NCBI GenBank assembly: GCA_965233865.1
Contig: OZ247587.1
Coordinates: forward strand, 544,001 to 608,000
Direction of reading: 5' to 3'
Length of the DNA stretch: 64,000 bases
From: Candidatus Neptunichlamydia sp.
GTDB taxonomy: Bacteria; Chlamydiota; Chlamydiia; Chlamydiales; Simkaniaceae
Shown piece by piece: positions 40,056 to 50,409 of this stretch. The position numbers and the translations under genes are program-made. The first letter of the stretch is position 1. Every line of letters starts with the position of its first letter. Below the pieces are notes generated by a model that made no database searches, was not told where the DNA came from, and saw only the letters and a list, made by a program, of their open reading frames with translations.

Positions 40056-40982
40056 TTATTTTTGCTTCTTTGAGTGAAATTGAAGATCATTTTTTGGATA
40101 GAGAAAAACAAGAAGAGCCGTTCCTATCACAATCAAACAAAAGCCTAGGATTACCCCTGGAGCAACCCCTTCTCCCCAAATAAAATATTGGATGATCGCA
40201 CCAAATATAAAACTGAGATAAATAAAGGGGCTCACAAGGCGCATGGGCGCAAATTTTGCAGACAGAGTGAGAAGTGCTTGAAAGATCGCAGCAAAAAATC
40301 CCGCCAGCAATGCATAACCTAAACTTTTATCCGTAAAAACTATGTCAGGATCAGGAAAAAGGAATAGAACTAATGCCGTTACAATAACGCTCAGCACAAA
40401 ATAGTAGGCTGTTATCCGTTCCCAAGGCTCCGTGTAGCTCAGTGTACGAACCGCTACGACAGCAGTCCCTGCAAACATCGCACCAACAAGCGGAATAATA
40501 ACTAAGGGATCAAACATGTTTTCACCAGGACGAAGAGCAAAAAGAAGACCCAGAAATGCTATCCCAAGCCCCCACCAAAGACGCTGAATGAGTTTGACAC
40601 GAAGCCAAAGCCTTGAAGCAATTGGAACAAAAAGAGGGAAGGAGTAAAAAATAAGAGTTCCTGTAGCTAGAGAGAGCTTTGTGATACTGTAATAGAAGCA
40701 AAAAAGAGCAGACACTCCACATATTGAGCGAACAGCGTGCTGAGTGTAATTTTTGGTTTTAAAAAGCTGGTTGATTTTAGGTGCAGTTGGAGAAATAAAG
40801 ACCCAAAGAACAAGCATGAAAAGATTGACAAATGACCTTGCAAAACACAGGAAATTCGTACTTAGGTATGGAGATGCAAGCTTCACAAACATTGCCTGAA
40901 TGGCAAGCATCACCGTTGCAACCACAATAATCAGGATTCCGAGTCCCAGTCTCTTTTTCGGTCTTTCTAAATGTTGAATCAT
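40056..40982 (-). CDS. DMT/EamA family transporter
   Basis: About ten TM helices in two EamA repeats. Confidence 0.88.
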   Translation of the reverse strand: MIQHLERPKKRLGLGILIIVVATVMLAIQAMFVKLASPYLSTNFLCFARSFVNLFMLVLWVFISPTAPKINQLFKTKNYTQHAVRSICGVSALFCFYYSITKLSLATGTLIFYSFPLFVPIASRLWLRVKLIQRLWWGLGIAFLGLLFALRPGENMFDPLVIIPLVGAMFAGTAVVAVRTLSYTEPWERITAYYFVLSVIVTALVLFLFPDPDIVFTDKSLGYALLAGFFAAIFQALLTLSAKFAPMRLVSPFIYLSFIFGAIIQYFIWGEGVAPGVILGFCLIVIGTALLVFLYPKNDLQFHSKKQK

Positions 40983-41037
40983 TGCCTTTTTTCTCTATTT
41001 GGTTATACTGTTTACCTCATAGCGGAAAAGGAGACAA

Positions 41038-42615
41038 ATGGCAAAAAAATATATTTTTATGACGGGAGGAGTTGTTTCTTCCCTAGGTAAAGGGCTCGCG
41101 TCAGCATCGATTGGAATGCTTCTCGAAGCCCAAAACCTCAAAATTGCCATGCTAAAACTCGATCCTTATCTGAATGTCGACCCAGGAACAATGAATCCTT
41201 TTCAACATGGGGAGGTCTATGTTACCGACGATGGCGCTGAAACAGACCTAGATCTTGGCCATTATTACCGCTTCACCAATTCCCCTCTCTCCAAATCAAG
41301 TAACGCGACCTCAGGGCAGGTTTATGATACTGTGATCAAGCAGGAGCGACATGGAGATTACCTCGGGAATACCGTTCAGGTAATCCCCCATGTCACTAAC
41401 GAAATTAAGAAACGCATTCACAGGTGTGCTGATCAAGAAAAAGAGATTGATATCATTTTAGTTGAAGTTGGAGGAACTGTAGGAGATATCGAATCCCTAC
41501 CTTTTCTGGAGGCAATTCGTCAATTTCGCTTAGATCATCCGAGCGATTGTATTAATATTCATATGACCTATGTTCCCTATTTGAAAGCCGCAGGCGAGGT
41601 AAAAACAAAACCTTCGCAGCACTCAGTTCGTGAACTTCAAAGCTTAGGAATTTCCCCAGATCTTATTTTATGTCGCTCTGAAAACCCTCTTGGTAAAGAA
41701 GTTAAGGATAAAATCGCCCTCTTCTGTAACGTCGCAAAAGAAGCTGTTGTTGAACAAGTTGATGTCTCTGAAACAGTGTATAAACTCCCCCTTACCATGG
41801 TAGATCAAAAACTTGATAAGCAACTCTGCTCTCTTCTTAATCTTAAATGTAAGAAGACATATATCTCTCCTTGGGAAAAAATGGTTAACATTCTTTCAAA
41901 TTCCAAGAAAACGGTTAAGGTCGGGCTGGTTGGAAAATACATTCACCATCAAGATGCTTATAAATCGGTGGTAGAGGCTCTTTGCCATGGAGGCACTTCC
42001 CACGAAGTCAAGGTTGAAATCCAAGGCTTTGACTCTGAAAGTGACTCAAAGGTGGATGGGTGTGATGGCTACCTTGTCCCTGGGGGGTTCGGGGAACGAG
42101 GTTTCGAAGGAAAGATCAAAATTGCAAAGTATTGCCGGGAAAATAAGATCCCTTATTTTGGGATTTGCCTAGGAATGCAAGTCCTAGTTGTTGAGTTTGC
42201 CCGCTCAGTCCTTGGACTTGAAAATGCTAACTCAACGGAAATGAATGCTGACACCTCTGATCCAATTATTTCTTTGTTGACAGAACAAGAAGATGTCTAC
42301 AACCTCGGAGGCACGATGCGATTAGGGAGTTATCCCTGCTCTCTTTTGCCAAAAAGCAAGGCTTTTGCAGCTTATAAAGAGAAGGAAATTGAGGAGCGCC
42401 ACCGGCATCGCTATGAATTTAACAACTCTTACAAAGATAAATGCGAGGAAAAAGGGCTTGTTATTTCGGGAACTAATGACTTCCTTTGCGAAATTGCTGA
42501 AATCCAGAACCATCCTTGGATGGTGGGCGTTCAGTTCCACCCCGAATTTAAATCAAAGCCAATAAAGCCTCACCCCCTATTTGCTGCTTTTATAGGAGCT
42601 ATGCTCCATGGGTAG
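41038..42615 (+). CDS. pyrG: CTP synthase
   Basis: GGVVSSLGKG, DPYLNVDPGTM, GICLGMQ, QFHPEF. Confidence 0.97.
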   Translation: MAKKYIFMTGGVVSSLGKGLASASIGMLLEAQNLKIAMLKLDPYLNVDPGTMNPFQHGEVYVTDDGAETDLDLGHYYRFTNSPLSKSSNATSGQVYDTVIKQERHGDYLGNTVQVIPHVTNEIKKRIHRCADQEKEIDIILVEVGGTVGDIESLPFLEAIRQFRLDHPSDCINIHMTYVPYLKAAGEVKTKPSQHSVRELQSLGISPDLILCRSENPLGKEVKDKIALFCNVAKEAVVEQVDVSETVYKLPLTMVDQKLDKQLCSLLNLKCKKTYISPWEKMVNILSNSKKTVKVGLVGKYIHHQDAYKSVVEALCHGGTSHEVKVEIQGFDSESDSKVDGCDGYLVPGGFGERGFEGKIKIAKYCRENKIPYFGICLGMQVLVVEFARSVLGLENANSTEMNADTSDPIISLLTEQEDVYNLGGTMRLGSYPCSLLPKSKAFAAYKEKEIEERHRHRYEFNNSYKDKCEEKGLVISGTNDFLCEIAEIQNHPWMVGVQFHPEFKSKPIKPHPLFAAFIGAMLHG

Positions 42616-43027
42616 AATTCTCGGTATAGACTTTGGAATGAAACGGATTGGGCTTTCTCGTTCTGACCCAATGAAGATCATCGCATCTCCTTTAAAAACT
42701 ATTTTTGCTGGGAAAACGCTTGAGGCAACAGCCGAGCTGATTGTAAAAGAATGCGACGGTGTTGAAACCATCGTTCTCGGTCTTCCCCTTCTTCTTTCAG
42801 GAAAGGATAGTGAAACAACAACAACAGTGAGAAAATTCGCCTTAATATTAGAGGAAAAAAGTGGACTTCCACTCATTTTATGGGATGAGCGTCTCACTTC
42901 TAAACAAGTCGAAAAACTGTTGATTGAAGGAAATGTAAGTAGAAAAAAACGCACCCACCATGTCGATATGATGAGTGCAATTCTTATTCTACAAAACTAC
43001 CTGGATGGCAACTCCTATGGAAGCTGA
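42608..43027 (+). CDS. ruvX: YqgF/RuvX RNase H-fold nuclease
   Basis: LGIDFGMKRIG, VLGLP, WDERLTS, D..SA.LILQ.YL. Confidence 0.93.
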   Translation: MGRILGIDFGMKRIGLSRSDPMKIIASPLKTIFAGKTLEATAELIVKECDGVETIVLGLPLLLSGKDSETTTTVRKFALILEEKSGLPLILWDERLTSKQVEKLLIEGNVSRKKRTHHVDMMSAILILQNYLDGNSYGS

Positions 43028-44015
43028 AGAACTCTATGAAAAATTGAAACACATTGATGTTGATAACCCCCTATGCACCTATACTATAGAGAGATGTGAG
43101 CGTCTTACCCCTCTAATCAATGAAATTAATGCGCTTAAAGAAGAAAAAGACGCTCTTATTTTAGCACACTCCTATGTCCACCCAGATATTATCTATACTG
43201 TCGCTGATCATGTAGGAGATTCTTACGGACTAGCTCTAAAAGCTAAAGAGACAACAAAAGAAACGATTGTTTTCCCTGCCGTTCGTTTTATGGCTGAAAC
43301 AGCCAAGATCTTAAACCCAAAAAAAATAGTTATTGACCCTAACCCTAACGGGGGATGCTCACTTGCTGACAGCATTACAGGTGCTGATGTCCGCCGTCTC
43401 AGAAAAGAATACCCGGACCACACTTTTGTCTGCTACATCAATACAACAGTAGAAGTAAAAGCAGAATGCGACATCTGCGTCACCTCTTCAAATGTTAATT
43501 TAATCATAGAGCAACTCCCAAATGACAAGATCTATTTTCTACCCGATAAGCTCATGGGACAAAATGTAAAGAACGCTCTTGGTAGCAAAAAAGAAATCCA
43601 GCTTTACGATGGAAGTTGCTATGTCCACGAGGAGTTCTCCCGCTTAGAGGTTGACACACTTCGAAAGACTCATCCTAATCTCACTGTACTCGCTCATCCA
43701 GAGTGCACAGAAGAGGTTGTCAAAACAGCAGATGTTGTTGGCTCTACAAGTCAAATTATAAACTATGCCAAAGAGCATCGAAAAGATAAAAACCCTTTCT
43801 TGATTCTTACCGAGTGTGGAATCGCCTCTCGCCTTCAGGTCGAACACCCTGACCTTAATCTCGTGGGCTCTTGTATGATGTGCCGCTATATGAAGTCGAA
43901 TAGCCTCGAAGGGATTTTAAATTCCCTAAAATCTCCCCGCTATGTGATAGAAATCGACCCCTCCATTCAAAAGAGGGCTCTTGCTTGTGTCGATGCCATG
44001 TTTACTATCGTCTAG
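43017..44015 (+). CDS. nadA: Quinolinate synthase
   Basis: ILAHSY, VRFMAETAKILNP, GCSLA, YINTT, CYVH, AHPEC, GSTS, CRYMK; exact start uncertain (43005 or 43017). Confidence 0.93.
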   Translation: MEAEELYEKLKHIDVDNPLCTYTIERCERLTPLINEINALKEEKDALILAHSYVHPDIIYTVADHVGDSYGLALKAKETTKETIVFPAVRFMAETAKILNPKKIVIDPNPNGGCSLADSITGADVRRLRKEYPDHTFVCYINTTVEVKAECDICVTSSNVNLIIEQLPNDKIYFLPDKLMGQNVKNALGSKKEIQLYDGSCYVHEEFSRLEVDTLRKTHPNLTVLAHPECTEEVVKTADVVGSTSQIINYAKEHRKDKNPFLILTECGIASRLQVEHPDLNLVGSCMMCRYMKSNSLEGILNSLKSPRYVIEIDPSIQKRALACVDAMFTIV

Positions 44016-44020
44016 GCTTG

Positions 44021-44962
44021 TTAGTTACCAGTTTGAGAAGGGATAAAAGAACAAGATAAAACCCTATGCATTTCAACGGTTCCATCGACTTTTTTATCAA
44101 TAACCATGAAACCCCCACTAGAAAGCCGCTCATCATAGCTGGATTTCCTTTTTCCTGCTGCTACAGGAAGAATCAACCGTCCCCCAGGTTTGAGCTGATC
44201 AACTAGGGGTTGTGGAATTTCCTCACACATAAAACCCACGGTAATAATATCATATGGAGCTCCTTCCAAATACCCTTTTTCTCCTTCAGTTGTGATAAAT
44301 GAAATTCTGCTTGCTTCCTTGGGGAGGTACCTTTGAATCGTGTTTGCAGCAGTATGCGTTAATGAATCGTAGTATTCCAACCCATATATTTCTGCGTCGG
44401 GCACTAGATGAGCAAAAATTGCGGCAAGATATCCCGTTCCAGTCCCAACATCAAGTATCTTCTTAGCGTTTCCAATAAAGTCTTTGCTTAACTCCAAATA
44501 CCAGATATGCATGCTAGGGGAGGAGATGCACATCTTGCATCCAATATCTATTGCAGTATCATAGTATGGAGTCTTTAAACAAAACCAACCGCGATCAATT
44601 TCCCTAAAAGCTTGCTCGATTATAGGAGTTACAAGTGTATGAGAATATTTAAGGCTCTCAATAAGACTTTCTAAAGAATCACATTTTTCATATAAGGCTG
44701 GAAGGATCTTGTCTATGTCAAAAACAAGCCTTGGATATGAGTCAATGGGGAGAGTGTGATCACGAACTCGAACCGTGACCTGATTCTCCTCAATTGATAA
44801 TATTTCAGCATGATAGTTTTTATTCCTCCAAGAAACTAAGCAACACCCCCCAACACGATACCGTTGCATTTTTTCTATTCGTTTATCTATCACTTTATTT
44901 CCACCACAAAACACCACTGAACAAAGCAGAGTCAACACTAAGTTCATACAATTCTTTATCAT
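44021..44962 (-). CDS. pcm: Protein-L-isoaspartate O-methyltransferase with N-terminal extension
   Basis: IDRGWF, ISSPSMH, LDVGTGTGY, APYDII, LVDQLKPGGRLILPV. Confidence 0.85.
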   Translation of the reverse strand: MIKNCMNLVLTLLCSVVFCGGNKVIDKRIEKMQRYRVGGCCLVSWRNKNYHAEILSIEENQVTVRVRDHTLPIDSYPRLVFDIDKILPALYEKCDSLESLIESLKYSHTLVTPIIEQAFREIDRGWFCLKTPYYDTAIDIGCKMCISSPSMHIWYLELSKDFIGNAKKILDVGTGTGYLAAIFAHLVPDAEIYGLEYYDSLTHTAANTIQRYLPKEASRISFITTEGEKGYLEGAPYDIITVGFMCEEIPQPLVDQLKPGGRLILPVAAGKRKSSYDERLSSGGFMVIDKKVDGTVEMHRVLSCSFIPSQTGN

Positions 44963-45196
44963 TCAACTTCCTTTATGGGAGAAATATGCTCAAAAAAATA
45001 AATTTTTTCAAGCTTTAATAGTGTTAATAAACCTATCCCTATAATCAATTTCCGGTGCTTATGAGGGAAACTTCTGAAGTTTTCCCCATGAAGATCAGTT
45101 TTATCTTTCTTTAAAAAAAATTCGCAATTTTATTTTTTTGGTTAACACTCTCAAATTCTGATAGATTAAAATCGTTTTTTCACTTAAGTTTAAGAA

Positions 45197-46741
45197 ATGG
45201 TAAGCGAAGAAATACACCCTTTTGAAGAGCCAGGTCAAACTTCAAGAAGCTTAGACCCTTGTGTTGTTGTTATTTTCGGCGCAACGGGTGATTTGACAGC
45301 GCGAAAACTCATGCCCGCCTTGTATAATTTAAAGCGAGAAGGGCAACTCCCCACAAATTTTGCATGCTGCGGATTTGCGAGACGGGAAAAGACCAATGAA
45401 GCTTTCCGCAACGAAATGAAAAAAGCTGTGAGTGAGCACTCCCGCGTGAAACCCCTTGAAGAAACTCTCTGGGATTCCTTCCATCCACAACTCTTTTACC
45501 ACCAGTCAGAGTTTGATGATGATGCTGGATATGAGAAGCTTGCCACGCATTTAGCAGATCTTGACACACAGATGGGAACTCAGGGCAACCGAATCTATTA
45601 TCTATCAACTCAACCCAGCTTTTTTCCAACCATCATCGAGAAGCTCAAGAAACATAAACTCGTATACGACCATAATACCGAAAAAGAGAAATGGTCTCGG
45701 GTTATCATTGAAAAACCTTTTGGACACGATCTAAATTCAGCCTTAGAGCTTCAAAAAGATTTGATGCAACACCTAAGTGAAGAGCAGCTCTATAGAATTG
45801 ACCACTACCTTGGAAAAGAAACAGCACAAAATCTCTTGGTATTCCGCTTTGGGAACTCCATTTTTGAAAACCTTTGGAACCACCGCTATATCGATCATGT
45901 CCAGTTCACTGTTGCAGAGAATATTGGAATTGGAACTCGGGGGAGATTCTATGAAGAGCAGGGACTTGTTCGCGACATCATGCAAAACCACATGATGCAA
46001 CTCTTCTCACTCATAGCAATGGAACCTCCGGTGAATTTAAGCCCAAGCGCTATTCATGATGAAAAGGTTAAAGTATTAGAAGCCCTCCGCCCTTTTAAGG
46101 GTGATGATTTTGAAAAATCAGCCGTACGTGGACAATATGGCAAAGGATTCACGATTGGAGAAGAGGTCAAAGGATACCGAGAAGAAGATAATGTCGATCC
46201 CAAATCAAAGATAGAAACCTATGGGGCTGTGCGCTTCTTTATCGATAACTGGAGATGGGATGGTGTCCCATTCTATTTGAGAGGAGCAAAAAGATTACCC
46301 AAACGAGCGACAGAGATCGCTGTGACTTTCAAACACCCTCCCGGAATCTTGTTTCACGAGTGTGGACAAAAACACGAATCCAACGTCTTGGCAATTCGAA
46401 TCCAACCTAATGAAGGAATTGCGCTAAAAATTAATTGCAAGGTTCCAGGACCAAGTAGCCCAATTCAACCTGTAAAAATGGACTTCCGCTATGGAGCATT
46501 TTTTGGGCTCACCCCTCCTGATGCTTATGAGCGATTGATTTGCGATTGTATGGCCGGAGACAGTACTCTTTTTGCAAGGCAGGATGAAGTCTTCCATTCC
46601 TGGAAATTTTTCACTCCCCTTCTTGATCATTGGGCGAATACAGCTCCTAAAGACTTCCCTAACTATGAAGCTGGCACCTGGGGCCCCAAAGCTTCGGATA
46701 GAATGCTCGCACGGGATGGACGAAAATGGCGCTTGATATGA
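45197..46741 (+). CDS. zwf: Glucose-6-phosphate 1-dehydrogenase
   Basis: GATGDL, EKPFG, RIDHYLGKE, DIMQNH, AYERL. Confidence 0.97.
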   Translation: MVSEEIHPFEEPGQTSRSLDPCVVVIFGATGDLTARKLMPALYNLKREGQLPTNFACCGFARREKTNEAFRNEMKKAVSEHSRVKPLEETLWDSFHPQLFYHQSEFDDDAGYEKLATHLADLDTQMGTQGNRIYYLSTQPSFFPTIIEKLKKHKLVYDHNTEKEKWSRVIIEKPFGHDLNSALELQKDLMQHLSEEQLYRIDHYLGKETAQNLLVFRFGNSIFENLWNHRYIDHVQFTVAENIGIGTRGRFYEEQGLVRDIMQNHMMQLFSLIAMEPPVNLSPSAIHDEKVKVLEALRPFKGDDFEKSAVRGQYGKGFTIGEEVKGYREEDNVDPKSKIETYGAVRFFIDNWRWDGVPFYLRGAKRLPKRATEIAVTFKHPPGILFHECGQKHESNVLAIRIQPNEGIALKINCKVPGPSSPIQPVKMDFRYGAFFGLTPPDAYERLICDCMAGDSTLFARQDEVFHSWKFFTPLLDHWANTAPKDFPNYEAGTWGPKASDRMLARDGRKWRLI

Positions 46742-46770
46742 GCCCCATAAACAAGGTATAGTGCAACCCT

Positions 46771-47868
46771 ATGACTCAAGCAATCCACCCAGCCGATATC
46801 GAATCTGAATTGGACCGGATTTGGGATTCTCTTCAGGGATCCAATAAAATGCGGGCCTGCCTCTTTAATCTGATTATCTATGCAAAGAAATGTCAGCGCG
46901 TTGGTTACCTTAACCAAATCGCCCAGAAGGTCATTGAAAAATTTCCTTCACGAGTCATTTTTATCACTTATGACGACACCTGCTCGAACCAAGATCTGCT
47001 AACATCCGTCTCGGTGATGACTGCCGACGAAGGCGAGTATGAAATCGCTTGTGATTTGATTGAAGTCGAAGTCTGCAGCAAGGATCATCCCCGAGTCCCC
47101 TTTGTGATCCTTCCCCATATCCTGCCAGATCTTCCCATTTACCTCGTTCACGCTGATGACCCCTCCTTTGAAAACCCTATTGCAGAAAAACTCGAACACT
47201 TAGCAGACAGAATTATCTTTGACTCTGAATCTGCATGTGATCTGCCAGCCTTTGCAAAGGCAGTGCTCTCACGCGATCTACGATGTGGCGCTGATGTTGC
47301 AGACCTCAATTGGGCCCGCATTGAAGGCTGGAGGCAACTCTTTGCCAATGTCTTTAAGTCCTCTGAGGAACTTGAAAGATTAAAGCATGCAAGCAAAATC
47401 TCCATCAGCTTCAATTCAAAAGAAACCGACTACCTCTGCCACACAAACATCCAATCAGTCTATCTTCAAGCTTGGGTTGCGGTTCAACTTGGATGGACCC
47501 TCAAAAAGGTAAACTCAAAAGGAGAACATCTCACATTCCTCTACGAAAGTAAATTTGGCAAAATTGAGTCTGTGATTATCCCCAATGCTTCTGAGGAGGT
47601 TTCTCCAGGTCGACTTCTCTCAATTGAGATTGAAACAGACCGAGAGTACCGGTATGCTTTTAAGCGTAATTTGAAGTGTCCCCATCATGTGATGATTGAG
47701 AAATCGAGTCCCGAGTTTTGTTCACTTCCTGTAAATTATGTCTTGGATAAGGATGTCTCAGGGCAATCTCTCGTCAAAGAAATTTGCCATAAAGGGACTA
47801 GCTTTCATTATACGAAAATGCTTCGACTCCTATCCGATATTAAAAATGAGAGTCTGTGTAATGAGTGA
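46771..47868 (+). CDS. opcA: G6PD assembly protein OpcA
   Basis: Lies between zwf and pgl; PSRVI, LPDLPI, RIIFDS, DLNWAR...WR. Confidence 0.88.
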   Translation: MTQAIHPADIESELDRIWDSLQGSNKMRACLFNLIIYAKKCQRVGYLNQIAQKVIEKFPSRVIFITYDDTCSNQDLLTSVSVMTADEGEYEIACDLIEVEVCSKDHPRVPFVILPHILPDLPIYLVHADDPSFENPIAEKLEHLADRIIFDSESACDLPAFAKAVLSRDLRCGADVADLNWARIEGWRQLFANVFKSSEELERLKHASKISISFNSKETDYLCHTNIQSVYLQAWVAVQLGWTLKKVNSKGEHLTFLYESKFGKIESVIIPNASEEVSPGRLLSIEIETDREYRYAFKRNLKCPHHVMIEKSSPEFCSLPVNYVLDKDVSGQSLVKEICHKGTSFHYTKMLRLLSDIKNESLCNE

Positions 47869-48628
47869 TAAGCCTCATTTCTTTTCTTGGGATGATAGAA
47901 GAGATATTGCCCACCCTGGGGATCGAAAACACACACTCGATTTTGCTGTTGAACACTTTATTAGCTGTGCTAAAGAGGCAATGAAATCCCATGAATATTT
48001 TGCTGTAGCACTCTCAGGAGGATCAACTCCAAAACAGATCTTTGAAATGCTTTCCTCCCCTTCCTACTCAGGAGAAATTGACTGGACAAAAGTCTTCATT
48101 TTTTGGGGAGATGAGCGGCCTGTTCCTCCAACCGACCCCGACAGTAACTTTCGAATGGCAATGGATGCCGGATTGAAATCTCTATCGATCCCGCCCACTC
48201 ACATCTTTCAGATGGAGGCAGAAGAAAATATTGTAGAAAATGCCAAAGCCTATGAGGAAAAGATTCTAGAGATTTTAGGATCCCGCCCTTTTGACCTCAT
48301 AATGCTTGGAGCGGGCGAAGATGGTCACACAGCCTCTCTTTTCCCAGGAACTAAAGCCCTTGAAGAAAAAGCCGCTCTTGCCGCTGCAAACGAAGTCCCT
48401 CAAAAAGAGACTTGGCGGATGACACTCACTTATCCTTGTATTAACTCTGCTCGCAACATCGCGATTTATGTTCTAGGTAAAAGCAAAGCAAAGATAGTGA
48501 GTCAGGTTTTCCTTAAAAGCCACAAGCCTCCCTATCCTGTTTCCCTCATTGGAACATCTCGCAACAAAGCGCTATGGGTCCTCGACAGCGACGCCGCCGA
48601 TCCTATTCTAAAGAAAAGGCCGAAGTAA
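47861..48628 (+). CDS. pgl: 6-phosphogluconolactonase
   Basis: LSGGSTP, WGDERPV, DSNF, LGAGEDGHTASLFP, RMTLT. Confidence 0.95.
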   Translation: MSDKPHFFSWDDRRDIAHPGDRKHTLDFAVEHFISCAKEAMKSHEYFAVALSGGSTPKQIFEMLSSPSYSGEIDWTKVFIFWGDERPVPPTDPDSNFRMAMDAGLKSLSIPPTHIFQMEAEENIVENAKAYEEKILEILGSRPFDLIMLGAGEDGHTASLFPGTKALEEKAALAAANEVPQKETWRMTLTYPCINSARNIAIYVLGKSKAKIVSQVFLKSHKPPYPVSLIGTSRNKALWVLDSDAADPILKKRPK

Positions 48629-48737
48629 TTACTTATTTTCTTTTGCTTCTGCAGGAGAAAAGAATCAAAAAAAATGTTGCAGAAATTGGTAATAGTACAT
48701 TTAATGCATTCGACTTTGTTTTTTATAGAGAAAAAAA

Positions 48738-49403
48738 ATGTCAATAGAGCCAGTAGATGTAGCATCCAATTCGATAAACAATGAATATAAAGAAGAGGAA
48801 GCCCTCTTAACAACCACATGGAATGGACTAGATGTTAGTCCCGAATGTACTGAAAATAAAGTGTTGGAAGAAATAGCTCTCAATTTTTTCAAGGAAATAC
48901 ATATTCAGCCAGGAGTAACAACTTGTAGTTTTTTATGGGGATACTTTGATCCAGAAAATAGAGCTCTTAATGACTTCGAAATCAAAGTTATGATGAATGC
49001 AATTCAATGTAGTTCTAAAGAAGAGCAAGACAAGAAACTCAAAGAGCTCGAGGGTTTTGTGAATGGTCTTGTTCTTTCGACCGGAGTTATTACGATAGCG
49101 ATATTTTCTAAAGACTATAAAACTGCTGCCATATCGGCAACGGCCTTATTTTTTCTGCTTAAAGAGAAATTATGGATGACCCAGGATCAATTGAATATCT
49201 TTTTAAAAAAAGAAGGTAAAACATATGAGGATTTACATTTTTGTACTTTAATAGAAGACTACATGAAGAACCAGCAAGAGCTGATATCAAAAGGAATTAT
49301 TTTAGATATGCTCAACCCAATGTATACAGAAAATTCTCACTATACAAAGAACCCTCATTATAACAAACCTTTAGATCCTAGTTTCAAACCATTTACATCA
49401 TGA
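48738..49403 (+). CDS. Hypothetical protein with a hydrophobic hairpin (islet cargo)
   Basis: 221-aa AT-rich ORF with no recognised motif. Confidence 0.6.
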   Translation: MSIEPVDVASNSINNEYKEEEALLTTTWNGLDVSPECTENKVLEEIALNFFKEIHIQPGVTTCSFLWGYFDPENRALNDFEIKVMMNAIQCSSKEEQDKKLKELEGFVNGLVLSTGVITIAIFSKDYKTAAISATALFFLLKEKLWMTQDQLNIFLKKEGKTYEDLHFCTLIEDYMKNQQELISKGIILDMLNPMYTENSHYTKNPHYNKPLDPSFKPFTS

Positions 49404-49568
49404 TAAATAGAGCAAAAAGTTACGCATATGAATTTTTTCTTTTTGGAATTATTTTTTCTAAAATGGTGGATATTTTAATGGATGATTTTTCTTTTCCTCC
49501 TATGAGAATTGGAGTAATATTCTTACTAATATACTCATTTTTCCTAATAAAAAAGAGAGTTCGTTTGG

Positions 49569-50110
49569 ATGAAGTTTAATCTCACGAAAAAAACAATATT
49601 TACTGTCGCATTATGCTTAATCAATATTGGTTGTTTTGCACATTTAGCAGACTATTCGATCATTTATGGTGTTTTTGTCAAAACCAATTCTTTAGAAGAG
49701 CAAGATAGAATAGAGGACCTTTTTATTTCATTAGAAAAAAAGTACGGCATTCAACTCGTTGTCAGTGATAGTTCTGTGCGACCCAAAGAATTTGAAAAGC
49801 TTAAGGGTGCGCTTTTTTTTTGTTAATTTCACCAAATTTTTCTAATGCAGAAAGCGCGTTAAATGACTCGGAGGAATCGCCTAGAAAACTGATAGATAAA
49901 ATGATATGGCCAGTCGATCCAACAATAGGATCAACTTTTAAATCCCAGGGATCTATCTTCATGAAGACCGGGGAAATATTCTTTGATTCTAATTCAGAAA
50001 TTGGGGGCAGTGTTCAACCTTCAGTGGTTCTAACAAACATAGAACGGAATTTAGAGAAAACCATTTCAATGCACAATTATAAAAAACCTTTGGTAATTTT
50101 ATTTTTTTGA
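49569..50110 (+). pseudogene. Two short overlapping ORFs, possibly one gene split at a T9 tract
   Basis: ORFs 49569-49826 and 49820-50110 meet at T9 (49813-49821). Confidence 0.35.
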
Positions 50111-50124
50111 CTCTTAATAGAAAA

Positions 50125-50161
50125 GGCCGAAGTAAATAGAGCTCGTCCCTAACCTTCGGCC
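50125..50161. terminator. Stem-loop overlapping the right direct repeat
   Basis: ggccgaag...cttcggcc inverted repeat. Confidence 0.45.
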
Positions 50162-50409
50162 GAAGCTCAATTAAGTGTTTGCTGCTTCTCTCTGATAGAT
50201 TCCAAGAATCTCATCAAAAATTCGTGCATCATACCCTTGTCGTTCATTCCTCAAAATTCCCTCTAGAGGAGGAGTTGAGGGAACTGGCTGCATCTCGTAA
50301 GTAGGGAAGCGAGGATATAGCCCAGAAGGATCGAAGTACTGTCTTGGAGGCTGCGCACCGGTTGCTACAAGATGAGCTTCTTTATGGAGGTTCGAGATGT
50401 GATTAAACA

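Larger units (their letters stand above)
48612..50135. repeat. 17-bp direct repeat (agaaaaggccgaagtaa) flanking an AT-rich islet
   Basis: Identical copies at 48612-48628 (pgl 3' end including the stop) and 50119-50135. Confidence 0.8.

Noticed and set aside
50297..50311. gtaagtagg as the IS66 left inverted repeat
   Set aside because: Poor match to the right end (expected gtaagcgtc) and no tnpA follows; the left end is probably deleted.
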